Sequence record: OZ346201.1
Strand: one strand, 5' to 3'
From: a phage
Length of the DNA: 64,000 nucleotides
The first letter of the stretch is position 1. Every line of letters starts with the position of its first letter. The notes under the pieces are model-generated. The model saw nothing but the letters and a program-made list of their open reading frames with translations. It did no database searches and was not told the DNA's origin. A program made the translations under genes and the position numbers. Shown in pieces: positions 1 through 9,796 of this stretch.

Positions 1-50
1 AGTGTTGCCAATCTTAATTAGATGTGGTACAATAAAGTAATTGGAGATAC

Positions 51-77
51 TAGCCCTCTGACGAGGGCTATTTTGTT
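51..77 (+). terminator. intrinsic terminator upstream of portal gene
   Basis: Hairpin TAGCCCTC-TGAC-GAGGGCTA (8-bp perfect stem) followed by TTTTGTT; read directly. Confidence 0.5.
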
Positions 78-101
78 ATACTGTTTTGAGGGTTAAAGCT
101 T

Positions 102-1658
102 GTGTCCAAAAAGAACCGCAGGAAACACAACGCCACAGCCAAAACTGTGAATAAATCTGGGAACGCAGGCGCACCAACTCATAATGTTCGTATGAGTGAG
201 ATCGGTTCTGGCGCACTTTCCCAAATTATGGCAGAATCGCAATCTATGATGGTTGAGGAATTGCGTTGGCCTCAGCTGATTGCCACAGTGGAGACTATGA
301 AATGTGATTCCACAGTTGCTACTGCCTTAGATACAAAATATGTTTTCATCACGAAAGCATTCAATGATTTTAAGATCCTTTATAATGTTAAAAGTGAAGA
401 CTCTAAGAAAGCTGCCGAGCTTATAGAGTATTCTTTGCGTAATTTGGCAAACCAACAAACTCTTCGAGATATTGCAAGAAGCGCAGCTACCTTTAACGAG
501 TATGGTTTTTCACTGTTTGAGAAAGTATACCGCAGAGAGAAAGAAGGTAAATATGCCGGGATGCTTCTTATTGATAAAATTGCATTCCGACCTCAGGCCA
601 GCCTGTCCAGATCAGAGCCGTTTGTTTTTGACAAGAATAGTAGAACACTGACAGGTATTTATCAATCACCTAATGCATTTCTAAACACGCAGAATGCACG
701 CTGGGCTGGTCCTCTTGCTGCAATGCCTTCAAAAGGCTTTAATGAGCCTGAAATTTTCATCCCTGCTAAAAAGCTTATGCTCATGACCCTGTCAGGAACA
801 GAATCTAACCCTGCAGGTGTGTCACCGATGATAGGTTGCTACAGATCTTTCCGTGAGAAAGTTCTGATTGAAAACCTTGAGGTTGTTGGCTGTTCCAAAG
901 ACCTTGGTGGTGTGCTTGAGCTGAAAATTCCTTCCAATATTTTGAACAAGGCCAGCATTGACCCGAATTCAATGGAAGGGAGAATGGTTGCAGATCTTAT
1001 GCTTGACGCAGCAAACGCCCATAGTGGTGAGCAAAGTTTCTTTATACTTCCGTCTGATAGAGATAAGTCTGGTAAAGAGCTTTACTCCATGACCCTGAAG
1101 GGGGTTGACGGTATGGGTAAGCAGTATTCCACTAAAGATTTGATTGATGCCCGTAAGAAGGCGATTCTTGACCGTTTCGGTGCTGGCTTTATTAACCTCG
1201 GTAACGATAACGTTGGATCCTTCTCTCTGTCTGAGTCAAAACAGTCTATCCATGGTCATTTTGTTCAGCGTGATATAGATATTATCACTGAAGCCTTCAA
1301 TAAGGATCTTATTCCACAGCTTCTGGCATTGAATGGTATCATCCTTGAAGATGATGATATGCCTAAACTGAAACCTGGTCTGATTGAAGAAGTGGATATG
1401 GAGAGCTTCTCCAAGTTTGTCCAGAGGATCGGTGCTGTAGGTTACTTGCCAAAAACTCCTGCAGTAATTAATAAGATTCTTGAAGTAGGCGGGTTTGATG
1501 AAAGATTTGACGAGGACATGGATCAGGAAGAGCTGATGAAGCTCTTGGGCCAGGACATCAGTAGAGCTGGTGATGGAATGGCTGCAGGATCCACTGGCAA
1601 CGGCACTTCTAAGATATCATCAACCAGAGATAATTCCATATCCAACATGGAAAATTAA
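102..1658 (+). CDS. portal protein (putative)
   Basis: 518-aa ORF, GTG start after GAGGG RBS; first gene of head module upstream of scaffold, decoration and capsid genes; size typical of portals. Assigned by position, not by a recognised motif. Confidence 0.55.
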   Translation: MSKKNRRKHNATAKTVNKSGNAGAPTHNVRMSEIGSGALSQIMAESQSMMVEELRWPQLIATVETMKCDSTVATALDTKYVFITKAFNDFKILYNVKSEDSKKAAELIEYSLRNLANQQTLRDIARSAATFNEYGFSLFEKVYRREKEGKYAGMLLIDKIAFRPQASLSRSEPFVFDKNSRTLTGIYQSPNAFLNTQNARWAGPLAAMPSKGFNEPEIFIPAKKLMLMTLSGTESNPAGVSPMIGCYRSFREKVLIENLEVVGCSKDLGGVLELKIPSNILNKASIDPNSMEGRMVADLMLDAANAHSGEQSFFILPSDRDKSGKELYSMTLKGVDGMGKQYSTKDLIDARKKAILDRFGAGFINLGNDNVGSFSLSESKQSIHGHFVQRDIDIITEAFNKDLIPQLLALNGIILEDDDMPKLKPGLIEEVDMESFSKFVQRIGAVGYLPKTPAVINKILEVGGFDERFDEDMDQEELMKLLGQDISRAGDGMAAGSTGNGTSKISSTRDNSISNMEN

Positions 1659-1713
1659 AAATTATCAACACAGGGGGTTGCAAAACCTCCTTTGGCGTGA
1701 TAAAATAATCCAC

Positions 1714-2145
1714 ATGGGGAATAAGATGCCACAGGAAGAAATGATTTCCTACGAAATCATCTACGAGCCTGACACTAAAGATGCTCACGGTGAGTGGATG
1801 AGTAAAGACACCATCAAAAAGGCTAAAGATAACTGGGACGCAGCATACGCTGCAGGCCTAGTTTCTGAAAACCTTTTCCACTTGACCTCTACAGATGCTT
1901 TCACTATTGAAAAGACGTGGATTCAAGAAGAGTTTGATGTTGTAGTAATTGGCACTGAGCAGGTCATCAAGGCTGGCTCTTGGGTTGCTAAAGTTAAATA
2001 CAATAATCCTGAATTATGGGAAGCTAAGAAGGCTGGCATTGTTGGTGGCCTAAGCATTCAGGCAACAGGTAATGTTGATGAAGAAACTGGTGAAATTACC
2101 AACGTAAACTTCGGGATCAGTGTTGTAGAAGAGGGCAATGAATAA
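1714..2145 (+). CDS. head morphogenesis protein, possible prohead protease
   Basis: ORF-track frame 1570..2145 overlaps the portal 3' end; an in-frame ATG at 1714/1726 after GGGGAA is the more plausible start. Position between portal and scaffold matches a protease slot. No catalytic motif recognised. Confidence 0.35.
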   Translation: MGNKMPQEEMISYEIIYEPDTKDAHGEWMSKDTIKKAKDNWDAAYAAGLVSENLFHLTSTDAFTIEKTWIQEEFDVVVIGTEQVIKAGSWVAKVKYNNPELWEAKKAGIVGGLSIQATGNVDEETGEITNVNFGISVVEEGNE

Positions 2146-3122
2146 TGTCTGAAAAAACGATTACTATTAAAGAGAAGGGGATTGCCCTGTGCCATAAGGC
2201 GCAAGGCTATAGCGCTAACAACAGACCTGTATCTCTTTTGATGAAGAGTGATCTTAAGCCTGAGCAGTTAACAGACGATATTGTTAAGGCACTTCGCCAA
2301 GTTACTGTGGAGCTTAGCTTTGAAGAATACCTGCGTCGTTTCTTCGATATGTGGTATGATGATGCTAAAGCACTTGCACACATGCTTGGTTTTGAGATTG
2401 AAGAGGAGGCTTGGGCTAAAGAGCATCCTGATTGGGAATGGGCGCAAGCTGACGCAGAGTCTTGTATTGCATGGCTGGAAGAGCGTTGTGATAACGTGAC
2501 CATTCATAAGGCTGCAAAAGAAGGCAAGCAGCTTAGTGTGGTAGATCAGTACAGCCTGTTAAAAACACAACAGATTTTTGAACAAGTAACCGCTGATCTC
2601 TTCGATAAAGAAGGGAACCTGATCAAGGCGGTACAGGAACCTGCTGAGGTGGATAAAACTACCGAGGTGGATGATGTTGCAAAATCCGCAAATACCGAGG
2701 AGAATCCGGTGGACGTAACCAAAACTAAAGAGTATCTGGATCTGCTGAAGCAAGTAGAAGAGCTGAAAGCAACCCAGAGTAAAGCTGAAGAAATCATCAA
2801 GGCCCAGGTTGAAGTTGAAAAAGCTAAAATGCTGACTAAGGCTCAAGCTTTAAGCTTTGTTGGTGAAGAAGATCACGCAACCCTGGTTGACTTCATGCTG
2901 GAAAAAGCTAACGAACCTATCGTAGCTATGCTGGAGAAAGCTCAAGCAAAAATTGAAGAGCTGGAAGCAGAGGTGCATAAAACTAAAGAAGAGTTTGCCA
3001 CCACTGAACATGGTAATGATGGCGAACCTGTTGTGGATGATATTGCGAAATCCGCAGAAGAAATTCTTGCTGAAAACGTTGCAAAAGCACTTGCTCGTGC
3101 ACGTGCAGAATCTAACAAATAA
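2145..3122 (+). CDS. scaffolding protein (putative)
   Basis: 325 aa, acidic, Ala/Glu/Lys-rich with long predicted coiled-coil segments (e.g. EKAQAKIEELEAEVHKTKEE); start overlaps the upstream stop (TAATG); lies between portal and capsid. Confidence 0.5.
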   Translation: MSEKTITIKEKGIALCHKAQGYSANNRPVSLLMKSDLKPEQLTDDIVKALRQVTVELSFEEYLRRFFDMWYDDAKALAHMLGFEIEEEAWAKEHPDWEWAQADAESCIAWLEERCDNVTIHKAAKEGKQLSVVDQYSLLKTQQIFEQVTADLFDKEGNLIKAVQEPAEVDKTTEVDDVAKSANTEENPVDVTKTKEYLDLLKQVEELKATQSKAEEIIKAQVEVEKAKMLTKAQALSFVGEEDHATLVDFMLEKANEPIVAMLEKAQAKIEELEAEVHKTKEEFATTEHGNDGEPVVDDIAKSAEEILAENVAKALARARAESNK

Positions 3123-3142
3123 GACATTAACGGGGGAAATAA

Positions 3143-3532
3143 ATGATTACCGCTCAATATTCTGATATCGTGCTCGGCAAAGTTGATTCTAGCGATGCTG
3201 GCTACAATTTTAAAGAGATGGAAATTACACTGACAAAGCACCACCATGCGGGTACTGTTGTAACAAAAACTGGCACTATCGCTAACGATGATGGCTCAGA
3301 CGTTTATGGTGTTCTTGTAGACCGAGCTTTGGTAAAAGATGCAGGAAAAGTTCATCTTGCTGAGCCTCTGCAAACAGGTCAGAAATATAAACTAGTTGTC
3401 GCAGTTCACGGTGTTACCTTTGCAAAAGATAAGCTGCTGGGGTCTAACGGTGAAGCAGCTAAGCAGGATGTTCTTGAAAAGCTGGAAGCTCTGGGTAACA
3501 AAGTTCACGTCCAGACTCTTGGTGAAGAGTAA
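3143..3532 (+). CDS. head decoration protein (lambda gpD-like)
   Basis: 129 aa, RBS GGGGGAA; immediately upstream of the major capsid gene, as in the lambda D-E arrangement. Confidence 0.45.
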   Translation: MITAQYSDIVLGKVDSSDAGYNFKEMEITLTKHHHAGTVVTKTGTIANDDGSDVYGVLVDRALVKDAGKVHLAEPLQTGQKYKLVVAVHGVTFAKDKLLGSNGEAAKQDVLEKLEALGNKVHVQTLGEE

Positions 3533-3580
3533 GTCCTAAATTGTTCGGGAAAATATTTAAGTTTTACTTTGGAGAAATAA

Positions 3581-4588
3581 ATGATTACTCGTAAAGATGA
3601 ATTTGGCATTGTTGATTTAGGTGCTACTCTGGACCTTGTTCCACGTCAATTCCGCCTGATTACTGGTATGGATCTGTTCGAAACCCGTCTCGGCACCTCA
3701 ACAATTGCTCAGATTGAGCGTGTTGATGAAGTTGTAACCGACATTCCGGCACGCCGTCGTGGTGGTGAGCGTAACTACGTTGGTAGTGAACGTGCTCAGG
3801 TTAAAAACCTGAACATCCCGTTCTTCCCTCTGGACAAAGGCATCACTGCCGCAGATGTTCAGAACTTCCGTCGTTACTTCACTCCTGATGCTCCGAAAAC
3901 TGTTCAGGACGTAGTAACCCGCGTTGTTCGCCGTATCCGTGTTTCTCATGAAGCACTGCGTGAGAAAGCGCTGTTCCAGGCTATTCTGGGTAAATCCTAT
4001 GCACCTGGTGACACCACCTGTCAGTATAATTACTACACTCTGTGGGGTGTGTCTCAGAAGTCTGTTGAGATCGACCCTGCAAAAGCAGATCAGGATCCTA
4101 TGGAGGTTCTGGAAGAAGCTCGTCTGCACATCGCACTGCAAGCTGGTGATAACGCAGCTGGCTATCGCATTGTAGCTCTGTGCTCACCGGAGTTCTTCAG
4201 TGCTGTTACTCATCACCCGCTGGTAGAACTGGCATACACCTATTACGGCTCTGCTCAGGAACCTCTGCGTCGCCGTCTGGGTGCTGGCGGTCAAGACAGC
4301 GTATACCGTGTGTTTGAGCATAAAGGTATCACCTTTATCGAAGATATCTCTGGCAATATTCCTAAGAAAGAAGCTCGCATTCTGCCGATGGGTATTGATC
4401 AGATGTTCCAGCTGCACTTTGCTCCGGCAGACGATGTTAACGAAGCAAACACTCCAGCACAGGAACTGTACATGTGGTATAAACACTCTGCATACCTGCG
4501 TGAAGAGAAGATTGAATCTGAAACTTCCATGCTGGCAGTTAACACCCGTCCAGAGCTGGTTGTTAAAGCAACTCTGAAAGGTGAATAA
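3581..4588 (+). CDS. major capsid protein (lambda gpE-like family)
   Basis: 335 aa, strong RBS GGAGAA, followed by a terminator; size and position match gpE-type capsid proteins. Confidence 0.65.
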   Translation: MITRKDEFGIVDLGATLDLVPRQFRLITGMDLFETRLGTSTIAQIERVDEVVTDIPARRRGGERNYVGSERAQVKNLNIPFFPLDKGITAADVQNFRRYFTPDAPKTVQDVVTRVVRRIRVSHEALREKALFQAILGKSYAPGDTTCQYNYYTLWGVSQKSVEIDPAKADQDPMEVLEEARLHIALQAGDNAAGYRIVALCSPEFFSAVTHHPLVELAYTYYGSAQEPLRRRLGAGGQDSVYRVFEHKGITFIEDISGNIPKKEARILPMGIDQMFQLHFAPADDVNEANTPAQELYMWYKHSAYLREEKIESETSMLAVNTRPELVVKATLKGE

Positions 4589-4610
4589 TCATGAAGGTGA
4601 TTCATCCCAT

Positions 4611-4648
4611 ATGGGGAGGGGGTTCTTCCCCTTTCCCCTTTTTATTTA
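4611..4648 (+). terminator. intrinsic terminator after major capsid gene
   Basis: GC-rich hairpin GGGGAGGGGG-TTCTT-CCCCTTTCCCC followed by a T-run. Confidence 0.4.
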
Positions 4649-4671
4649 TTAGGGTTTAACAGGAGTGTCCC

Positions 4672-5517
4672 GTGAAGAGAGCCGTATATCCAGTTGAGTA
4701 TGATCCTCTATTAAGAGTTTTCAACAATCAGTTAAGTTTTTATCAATTTTTAGCACAATATAATCCAGAAATCAATGTTGGTTTATCAGCCCTGCTGCCA
4801 CCAACAGAGTTCGTTATTGGCAGTGTTCACTATCCATGCAGAACGATTGTAGACTTCTTCGAGAAGATTGCAAAACACACAGGCCTGCCAATTGATACTG
4901 GTATTTCAACTATCCGTATGGGTGTTATTCTTCTGTTCTTCACAGAGAACCTTGATGAAAGCACTTTAACACTGCAAAGCGGGGATGTCAATATTACACT
5001 CACTCCGTCAGTGTTTAAAGAGGTAGATGCTGCTTTCAAAGTTTCCGTGGCAGAGGGCCATCTGTGGGACCCTGAAGGTATGCCTAAAAAAGTGACCATA
5101 AACGATGAGCAATGCAACATTGTTTATGAAGAAGATACCCAAACTTTCACCATCGAGTGGCCTAAGAAACGTTCTCAGGTTGTAAATCTTGGGCTGGTTT
5201 CTACAGTAGCTCCACTGCCTGAACCAGAGCCGGAGCCACCTGTAGGTCCTACTGAACCAGGTGGTGGCGGTGAAGAATCCCCAGATCCGGCTGCACCGGG
5301 AGGCACTGAGCAGGATCCTGAACAGGCACAAGAATCAAGATCTTCTCGCAGTGATGTTGATGCCATACTGCAGCAGGCCGCAGCTCTTAACAACGAAGAT
5401 GACAAAAGTGGTTCAAAAGATGCACTCCAAACCTTCGCCAAAGAGCACGGTGTTATCTTAAGTAAGGCAAAAACTTTCCAAAATATGATGAAAGATTTTG
5501 AGGCTGCACTGGCATAA
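4672..5517 (+). CDS. hypothetical virion protein with Pro/Glu-rich linker
   Basis: 281 aa, GTG start after AGGAG; internal low-complexity PEPEPEPPVGPTEPGGGGEE linker; in head module. Confidence 0.4.
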   Translation: MKRAVYPVEYDPLLRVFNNQLSFYQFLAQYNPEINVGLSALLPPTEFVIGSVHYPCRTIVDFFEKIAKHTGLPIDTGISTIRMGVILLFFTENLDESTLTLQSGDVNITLTPSVFKEVDAAFKVSVAEGHLWDPEGMPKKVTINDEQCNIVYEEDTQTFTIEWPKKRSQVVNLGLVSTVAPLPEPEPEPPVGPTEPGGGGEESPDPAAPGGTEQDPEQAQESRSSRSDVDAILQQAAALNNEDDKSGSKDALQTFAKEHGVILSKAKTFQNMMKDFEAALA

Positions 5518-5524
5518 TTTTGTT

Positions 5525-5567
5525 AAGGCCCCTTCCAAATCAGGAATGGGGCTTTATTTTTACGAGG
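5525..5567 (+). terminator. possible terminator or attenuator
   Basis: GGCCCC...GGGGC stem with long loop, followed by TTTATTTTT; weak. Confidence 0.25.
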
Positions 5568-5576
5568 TATTTTCAA

Positions 5577-6197
5577 ATGGCATGGTATGAAGATGAAGAG
5601 ATTATCCAGTCACCGCCTAACCATGATGGTGTAGTCGATACCCCAGAAGAACCACCAAAAGAAGATCCTGTACCTCCGGAACCTGATCCAGACCAACCTC
5701 TTATTAATATTATGAGGTTGTTGCTTGGCAATGTTGATGAGGAAACCCTCCCTGATGAGGTAATTAAAACATTCCTTGACATGGAGAAGTTGAAACTAAA
5801 TTATCCGGCAGATCCTGATAAGCTACCTCTACTTAAGTACAATGTGCTTGTGCAGCTGGTGCGGTGGCTGATGATGCAGGAAGTGTCCAGCGGTAATGCA
5901 AGTATAACTTCCCGTCTGGAAAAAATAGGTGATGAGACCATAGAGATTCGTGGTGGATCTTCCTACGCCCAATGGAAGGATTTCCTTGATTGGCTGCTGG
6001 CACACCCAGACTATGTAGATTCTGAGCTAGATGCTTACAGCAGAATGATTATCATTGGTGGTGTTTGTGTAGACGAAGGAATTCGGGTTAAATTTAATGA
6101 AAACAGCAACGGACCGTTCGATGTCCAGGGGATTACACCTATCAGCGGTCTAAATAACCAACCTCCTCGCCACCCAAGACGCAAACGCAGTTTTTAA
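5577..6197 (+). CDS. hypothetical protein (head module)
   Basis: Track ORF starts at a TTG at 5520 inside the hairpin; ATG 5577 (MAWYEDEE...) after GAGG is more plausible. Acidic Pro-rich N-terminus. Confidence 0.4.
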   Translation: MAWYEDEEIIQSPPNHDGVVDTPEEPPKEDPVPPEPDPDQPLINIMRLLLGNVDEETLPDEVIKTFLDMEKLKLNYPADPDKLPLLKYNVLVQLVRWLMMQEVSSGNASITSRLEKIGDETIEIRGGSSYAQWKDFLDWLLAHPDYVDSELDAYSRMIIIGGVCVDEGIRVKFNENSNGPFDVQGITPISGLNNQPPRHPRRKRSF

Positions 6198-6204
6198 AAA
6201 TTGT

Positions 6205-6233
6205 TGCTTTTGATGTATCTTTGTGGTAAAATA
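6205..6233 (+). promoter_or_regulatory. sigma70-like promoter TTGCTT-N17-TAAAAT
   Basis: -35 TTGCTT, 17-nt spacer, -10 TAAAAT inside the conserved motif GGTAAAATAC; read directly. Confidence 0.45.
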
Positions 6234-6250
6234 CATTAGTGAGGGATATA

Positions 6251-6715
6251 ATGCTAAAGGTTAAATGTCAAACAAGGTTCAACCTAAAGCGTTTAGATCG
6301 CTTCTACAAAGAACTTGTGAGACTTGAAAGTAAAACAATAACCTACGGCTTTTATGACGAACCTCACCCGTCAGGCTTAAATATGGCAACATTGGCAGCC
6401 ATTCACAACTTCGGTTGGAACGGGCTGCCTGTTCGCAATTTTATGGAGACAGCTTTTGCATTTCACAGCACTCAACTACAGACCTTGACAGAAAAATTGT
6501 TGAGAGCTATGGCTAGAGGATCAAGTGCAGAGGCTATTCTTAAGCAGATGGGGGACACAGGGGCCAAAGCTATCCAGTTTGTTATTGAGGCTGGTCAGTT
6601 TAGTAACCCTACTGTTAGTGAGCAGTGGGCACAAGAGAAGGGCTTCAACGAGGCTATGCGGCATTACGATGTGCTGCTGGAATCTGCAACCTTTAAAATT
6701 GGACAGCAAAAATAA
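6251..6715 (+). CDS. hypothetical head-tail joining protein
   Basis: Track ORF starts at a GTG at 6239, about 6 nt after the -10; ATG 6251 after GAGGGA is preferred. Confidence 0.4.
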   Translation: MLKVKCQTRFNLKRLDRFYKELVRLESKTITYGFYDEPHPSGLNMATLAAIHNFGWNGLPVRNFMETAFAFHSTQLQTLTEKLLRAMARGSSAEAILKQMGDTGAKAIQFVIEAGQFSNPTVSEQWAQEKGFNEAMRHYDVLLESATFKIGQQK

Positions 6716-6724
6716 GGGGGTTGA

Positions 6725-7150
6725 GTGGCAGCAGGTTATAAGCTGATAGGAAAGAACAGGCTAATACCCCGTAAAACATTCAAAGGTCGCCACAGAGTGT
6801 ATAACAAAACAGTTGGTGGTCCTTTTGCTAACGAGGGGTTAGAATTTGAGTATGAAGAGTTTGATGTCTTAGAGTGTGTTGTGCAGCCGTTGACAGGAAG
6901 GGCAGCTAAAGATTACTCCTCTCAAATAAATCCAGAAGGTGACAGACAGTACGAGGCTTTTACAGTCTACTCCTCAACCAAGTTGTATAGTCCAGATGAA
7001 GGAACATATGCAATGGCTGATCAAATTCAGCTGCCTGACATTCGTGGTGACTTGAAATGGTTTACCGTTTTAAAATGCGATGCATATGTTACCTCTGGTG
7101 GTGGGAGATATAGATTTTTTGTGGTAGAAGAGCCTGAAGGAGAAGACTGA
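6725..7150 (+). CDS. putative head-tail connector / neck protein
   Basis: 141 aa, GTG start after AGGGGG; between head and tail genes. Confidence 0.35.
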   Translation: MAAGYKLIGKNRLIPRKTFKGRHRVYNKTVGGPFANEGLEFEYEEFDVLECVVQPLTGRAAKDYSSQINPEGDRQYEAFTVYSSTKLYSPDEGTYAMADQIQLPDIRGDLKWFTVLKCDAYVTSGGGRYRFFVVEEPEGED

Positions 7151-7701
7151 TGGAAGCTTTCGAAAAAGTTTTTTCTGATCTTGAAACAACCATTGCTAAG
7201 CTTGTCAAGGTTGCCACAGGAAGAACTGTAGTTTTGGCAGAAAGCTCTACCATACCGAAGCCGGAAGGTGAGTTTGTGCTTTTACAAACCTTGGCGATCA
7301 ATCCCACCACTTGGGAAGATAATGAGTTTCAAGATGCGGAGGGTAATGCTTACGTCACCCACAGCTACACTGTTACTTATCTGTTAACAGCTTATCGTGG
7401 CAGGGCATATGCTGCACTTAGCAGAGTATTGCAAGCAATAAACCTTCCAATGTTTTATGACAAGTATTTCCCTCTGGGATCGTGCTTTGCCTACTCTAAC
7501 AATTCAACAATCTCACCTCAAAGAGTGCCGTTGAATAAGCAGACGTATGAAAATAGAGCCACTGTGATGCTGACATTTAACGTAAGGTTTGTTGAAACAG
7601 ACATTGGGGCTTTTGAGGATCTTCAGGGAATTAAGGCTGAAATAACCACACACTTCCCTTCACCCAATTCTGGTAAAGCGGTTACAGACAGTGGTCAGTA
7701 A
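7150..7701 (+). CDS. putative tail completion / neck protein
   Basis: 183 aa, start overlaps upstream stop (TGATG); directly upstream of the sheath gene. Confidence 0.35.
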   Translation: MEAFEKVFSDLETTIAKLVKVATGRTVVLAESSTIPKPEGEFVLLQTLAINPTTWEDNEFQDAEGNAYVTHSYTVTYLLTAYRGRAYAALSRVLQAINLPMFYDKYFPLGSCFAYSNNSTISPQRVPLNKQTYENRATVMLTFNVRFVETDIGAFEDLQGIKAEITTHFPSPNSGKAVTDSGQ

Positions 7702-7711
7702 TCGTTATAAT
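7682..7711 (+). promoter_or_regulatory. possible promoter for sheath/tube genes
   Basis: TTACAG-N18-TATAAT overlapping the end of the previous gene, followed by a short hairpin GTGTAAT-G-ATTACAC. Confidence 0.2.
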
Positions 7712-7773
7712 TGTGTAGTGTAATGATTACACTGCGTGTTTGATATCCGTGCACAGATATTAAGAGGAAACAA

Positions 7774-9150
7774 ATGCCATATTTAGATAAAGTGGTAGAT
7801 GTTACAGTTAACCTCGGAACCCAGCCTATTGACACTGTAGGTTTCGAAACTCCCCTGTTCATCGCTATCCACAACAACTTTACTGAGCGAGCTCGCGTAT
7901 ATGCAGAGCTGGATCAGATGGTGGAAGATGGTTTCGCACAAGGCTCTGCAGCGTATGAGTTTGCAGCAAAAGCTTTTGGCGGTGTATTCCCTCCACAATA
8001 CGTTATGATCGGCAGACAGGCCAAAGAAAAGACCACTGTAGATTTTAAAGGTATTGCTGCCGCAGCTGATACCGATGTCGTAATGACTATTGCAAAAGGT
8101 AGCTACAATACCTCTTTGATAGTCCCTATCTCTGGTGGAACAGCTGCAACTCAGATTGCAGAGTCAATGAAGACTAAAATCGAAGCAGATGATAACTTGG
8201 ACGATATCACTGTAGAGGCTGCTGATGGTGTTATCACCATCACTGGTGACTGTACTGTTGGTTACCATACTGGTAACTATACAATCAAAAATATCGCCAA
8301 TGCTGAAAAACCTTCTACAGTAGTTGATAAGATCAATGCTGAGCGTGACAATTGGTACTTCCTGTGCCATGAAGACCACACCGACATTGAAGCATGTGCT
8401 AAGTGGGCTCAGGCTAACTACAAGCTGCATGTCTACTCTACTGCAGAAGATGTGACTGGTAAAGATAATAACATCGCCACCAAACTGAAAGCTGCACAAT
8501 ATGACAGTGTCGGCATGTACGATCCTCGTGCAGATAAGGACTTCCCGGAGGGTGGTATCATAGGTGCTATGGCATCCAACGATCCGTCTTACGGCGACAG
8601 CTTGCACTTAAAACAGATGCCAGGTGTGATTGCACCGTCTCTGACTTTAACTCAGCGTATGGCTATTTGGGAAAACCACGTTAACTTCTACAGAATGATT
8701 AACGGTGTTGGCGCTTTCTGGGAAGGTAAGTGTGCTTCAGGTCAGTATGCAGACGCTATTCGTTTTGCACACTGGATCAAGTTCAGATCTGAAGAATCTA
8801 TGTTTGGGTACATGCATCGTCGCTCCAACATGGGTTTAAGCATGAAGATGTCTGATGATGATCTTCCGGTTATCAAGTCTGTTCTGATGAACAACCCAAT
8901 CAACACTGGCATTAAGAATGGTGCGATCCTGACAGGTTTTGACGAAGACAACAATGTGTTCTACGACCCGATCATCACAGTTCCTAAACGTGCAGAAATC
9001 CCAACCAATCAGTTGGCTGCTCGTGTTCTGGAAGGTGTGAAAGTGGAACTGGTGTATAACAACGCCCTACACTTCGTTCGTATCCGGATCAACGTCCTTC
9101 TGGACAAAGTTGGTTCTAAATCCACCAATGCTGTTGCAATGACTGAATAA
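7774..9150 (+). CDS. tail sheath protein (putative)
   Basis: 458 aa, RBS AGAGGA; followed by a 157-aa tube-sized gene, a chaperone pair and the tape measure, the canonical contractile-tail order. Confidence 0.55.
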   Translation: MPYLDKVVDVTVNLGTQPIDTVGFETPLFIAIHNNFTERARVYAELDQMVEDGFAQGSAAYEFAAKAFGGVFPPQYVMIGRQAKEKTTVDFKGIAAAADTDVVMTIAKGSYNTSLIVPISGGTAATQIAESMKTKIEADDNLDDITVEAADGVITITGDCTVGYHTGNYTIKNIANAEKPSTVVDKINAERDNWYFLCHEDHTDIEACAKWAQANYKLHVYSTAEDVTGKDNNIATKLKAAQYDSVGMYDPRADKDFPEGGIIGAMASNDPSYGDSLHLKQMPGVIAPSLTLTQRMAIWENHVNFYRMINGVGAFWEGKCASGQYADAIRFAHWIKFRSEESMFGYMHRRSNMGLSMKMSDDDLPVIKSVLMNNPINTGIKNGAILTGFDEDNNVFYDPIITVPKRAEIPTNQLAARVLEGVKVELVYNNALHFVRIRINVLLDKVGSKSTNAVAMTE

Positions 9151-9160
9151 GGAAGCCTAG

Positions 9161-9634
9161 ATGGAAACTCAAATTTTAACTCCTTATGCGTATGACCCTA
9201 AAAAGGTCAAACTGTATCTGATGCAGCAGCGTGTCACTGGCTTCGCTGCTGACACCAAGATTGTTGTTTCAAGAAACGAAGACAACATCTACCCTCACGT
9301 TGGTGTGGATGGCGAAATGTCTGCGGCCCTGTCTCGTAACCAATCTGGTGTTATGACCGTGTCTTTGCAGAACACTTCTGTATGGAACGCTTACCTTTCT
9401 GACTGGCAGAAACAGGCATCGATTACTGGTCTGGTATTCTTCCCGGTTCTGCTGGAAGGTAGCCAGGGCCCTGGTATTTCCACAATCGGTTGGATCCAGA
9501 AACAGCCTGACCTGACTTACGGAACCGAAGTAGGTCAGCTGGACTGGGATATCGGTATTCTGGATGCATGGCTCAACCGTGATAACATCACTGGTGCTCT
9601 TACTGGCCTCGCAGGTCTTGCAGGTATTATCTAA
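9161..9634 (+). CDS. tail tube protein (putative)
   Basis: 157 aa, RBS AAGGAAG; between sheath and chaperone; strong terminator immediately downstream. Confidence 0.55.
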   Translation: METQILTPYAYDPKKVKLYLMQQRVTGFAADTKIVVSRNEDNIYPHVGVDGEMSAALSRNQSGVMTVSLQNTSVWNAYLSDWQKQASITGLVFFPVLLEGSQGPGISTIGWIQKQPDLTYGTEVGQLDWDIGILDAWLNRDNITGALTGLAGLAGII

Positions 9635-9652
9635 GGGCACACTTTAGCATAA

Positions 9653-9683
9653 GCCTCACCTTCGGGTGGGGCTTTTTGCTTTT
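9653..9683 (+). terminator. intrinsic terminator after tube gene
   Basis: GCCTCACC-TTCG-GGTGGGGC (UUCG tetraloop) followed by TTTTTGCTTTT. Confidence 0.65.
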
Positions 9684-9724
9684 ATGGTTTTGACACACGT
9701 TCTTGAATTGCTTGAAAGGTTAAA

Positions 9725-9753
9725 TTGACAATGCACCATAATCATGGTAAAAT
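9725..9753 (+). promoter_or_regulatory. sigma70-like promoter TTGACA-N17-TAAAAT
   Basis: Perfect -35 TTGACA, 17-nt spacer, -10 TAAAAT within the GGTAAAATAC motif. Confidence 0.55.
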
Positions 9754-9796
9754 ACACAAATATGGTGCACAACATGACTAATAAGGATGCTATAAA

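Noticed and set aside
1570-1713. Upstream extensions of ORF-track starts (1570, 5520, 6239, 13000, 24522, 25076, 25510, 35783, 50768, 52499, 52770, 62493)
   Set aside because: The track reports the longest ORF, often from a TTG or GTG overlapping the upstream gene or a terminator hairpin. A downstream ATG with a proper Shine-Dalgarno sequence is more plausible in each case; the true start is still uncertain without proteomic data.
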